Part shown: positions 63,377-64,000 of the stretch, one piece after another
Layout of the letters: the number at the start of each line of letters is the position of its first letter
Numbering within the stretch: the first letter of the stretch is position 1
Source: the human T2T-CHM13v2.0 reference genome, Homo sapiens
Assembly (NCBI RefSeq): GCF_009914755.1
Contig: NC_060938.1
Strand: one strand, 5' to 3'
DNA length: 64,000 nucleotides
The notes under the pieces: generated by a model
The model's database searches: none
What the model was told of the DNA's origin: nothing
The model's input: only the letters and a program-made list of their open reading frames with translations
Translations under genes and position numbers: made by a program

Positions 63377-64000
63377 TGGTGTCAGAAGTGGGATCTGAAG
63401 TAGACCTTCTAACAACCTCCAAAATTGCTGAGTCAACAAGCAAGTTACCTGATGAACGTATTTGTGTCCTTTGATGTCTCAGAATGGCTGGGGATTGTGT
63501 GGTAAGTTCTCTCTCAGATTTCGGAGCTCCACAGATTTATGTTTTGAGCTCTCCAGGTTTCTTTGAGCAAATTTCTGATCCAAACTGGGTTTGAAAGTCA
63601 TGACAGAAACTGGACGGGTTGAGGATCAAATTTGATCTGGTAATTAACTAGCTTGGATCCAGTTAGAAGCCTCTTACCTCTGACTGGGTCAGAAAGAAAC
63701 TGGTAGTAAGAGGTAATATTGCAGGGGTTATAAAATTTTGCTTTTAAAAATTCACAAGGATTTTTGTGTTCTACTCCTTTGTTTCATTTTTCTTGCACAC
63801 TTAGGTAGGAAAGATCATTGGCTAAGTTAATCAATGGAACCTAGAGCCACGCCAATATTTTAGGTAAAAATGGGATTCTCAGTTTCTGAAAAACTGAGTT
63901 CCTTCTAGCTTATACATTATACATACATTATACATACATATACATTCCTTCCAACTTATACATTAGGCCTGGGAAGCAGCAAAGTCTTAGAGAAATGGTG
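63377..64000 (+). mobile_element. ERV internal leader (MER57-int-like) with tRNA-Leu primer-binding site at 63377-63394; runs off the window
   Basis: TGGTGTCAGAAGTGGGAT is complementary to the 3' end of tRNA-Leu(CAA); donor-like GTGGTAAGT at about 63500. Confidence 0.75.

Noticed and set aside
63377-63394. tRNA-Leu-like sequence
   Set aside because: Only the 18-nt retroviral primer-binding site, not a tRNA gene

Overview
Primate, almost certainly human, genomic DNA. I recognise it from the proteins as the distal 5' end of the T-cell receptor alpha/delta locus (14q11.2), where V segments interleave with olfactory receptor genes. Gene order: TRAV1-1 (+), OR10G2 (-), TRAV1-2 (+, the MAIT/GEM V-alpha), an ARL6IP1 processed pseudogene (-), OR4E2 (+), and OR4E1 (-, frameshifted here by an extra 2 bp). 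The window ends in a MER57-type ERV1 LTR with a tRNA-Leu primer-binding site. The rest is dense Alu, L1, L2, MIR, MaLR and DNA-transposon sequence, which explains nearly all short ORFs in the track. The genes are known, and I found no new protein family. The most interesting signals are architectural: (1) a candidate OR10G2 promoter and first exon lie head-to-head about 3 kb from TRAV1-2, predicting recombination-dependent OR activation or deletion in T cells; (2) a paralogous, same-orientation CTCF-like motif lies upstream of both TRAV1 genes; (3) the TRAV1 duplication is old and has reciprocal empty TE sites, yet keeps near-identical promoter/leader cores; (4) OR4E2 and OR4E1 retain the His/Cys/Asn copper triad; (5) several template-switch scars and nested insertions are visible. 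Repeat subfamily calls and boundaries are by eye and approximate.
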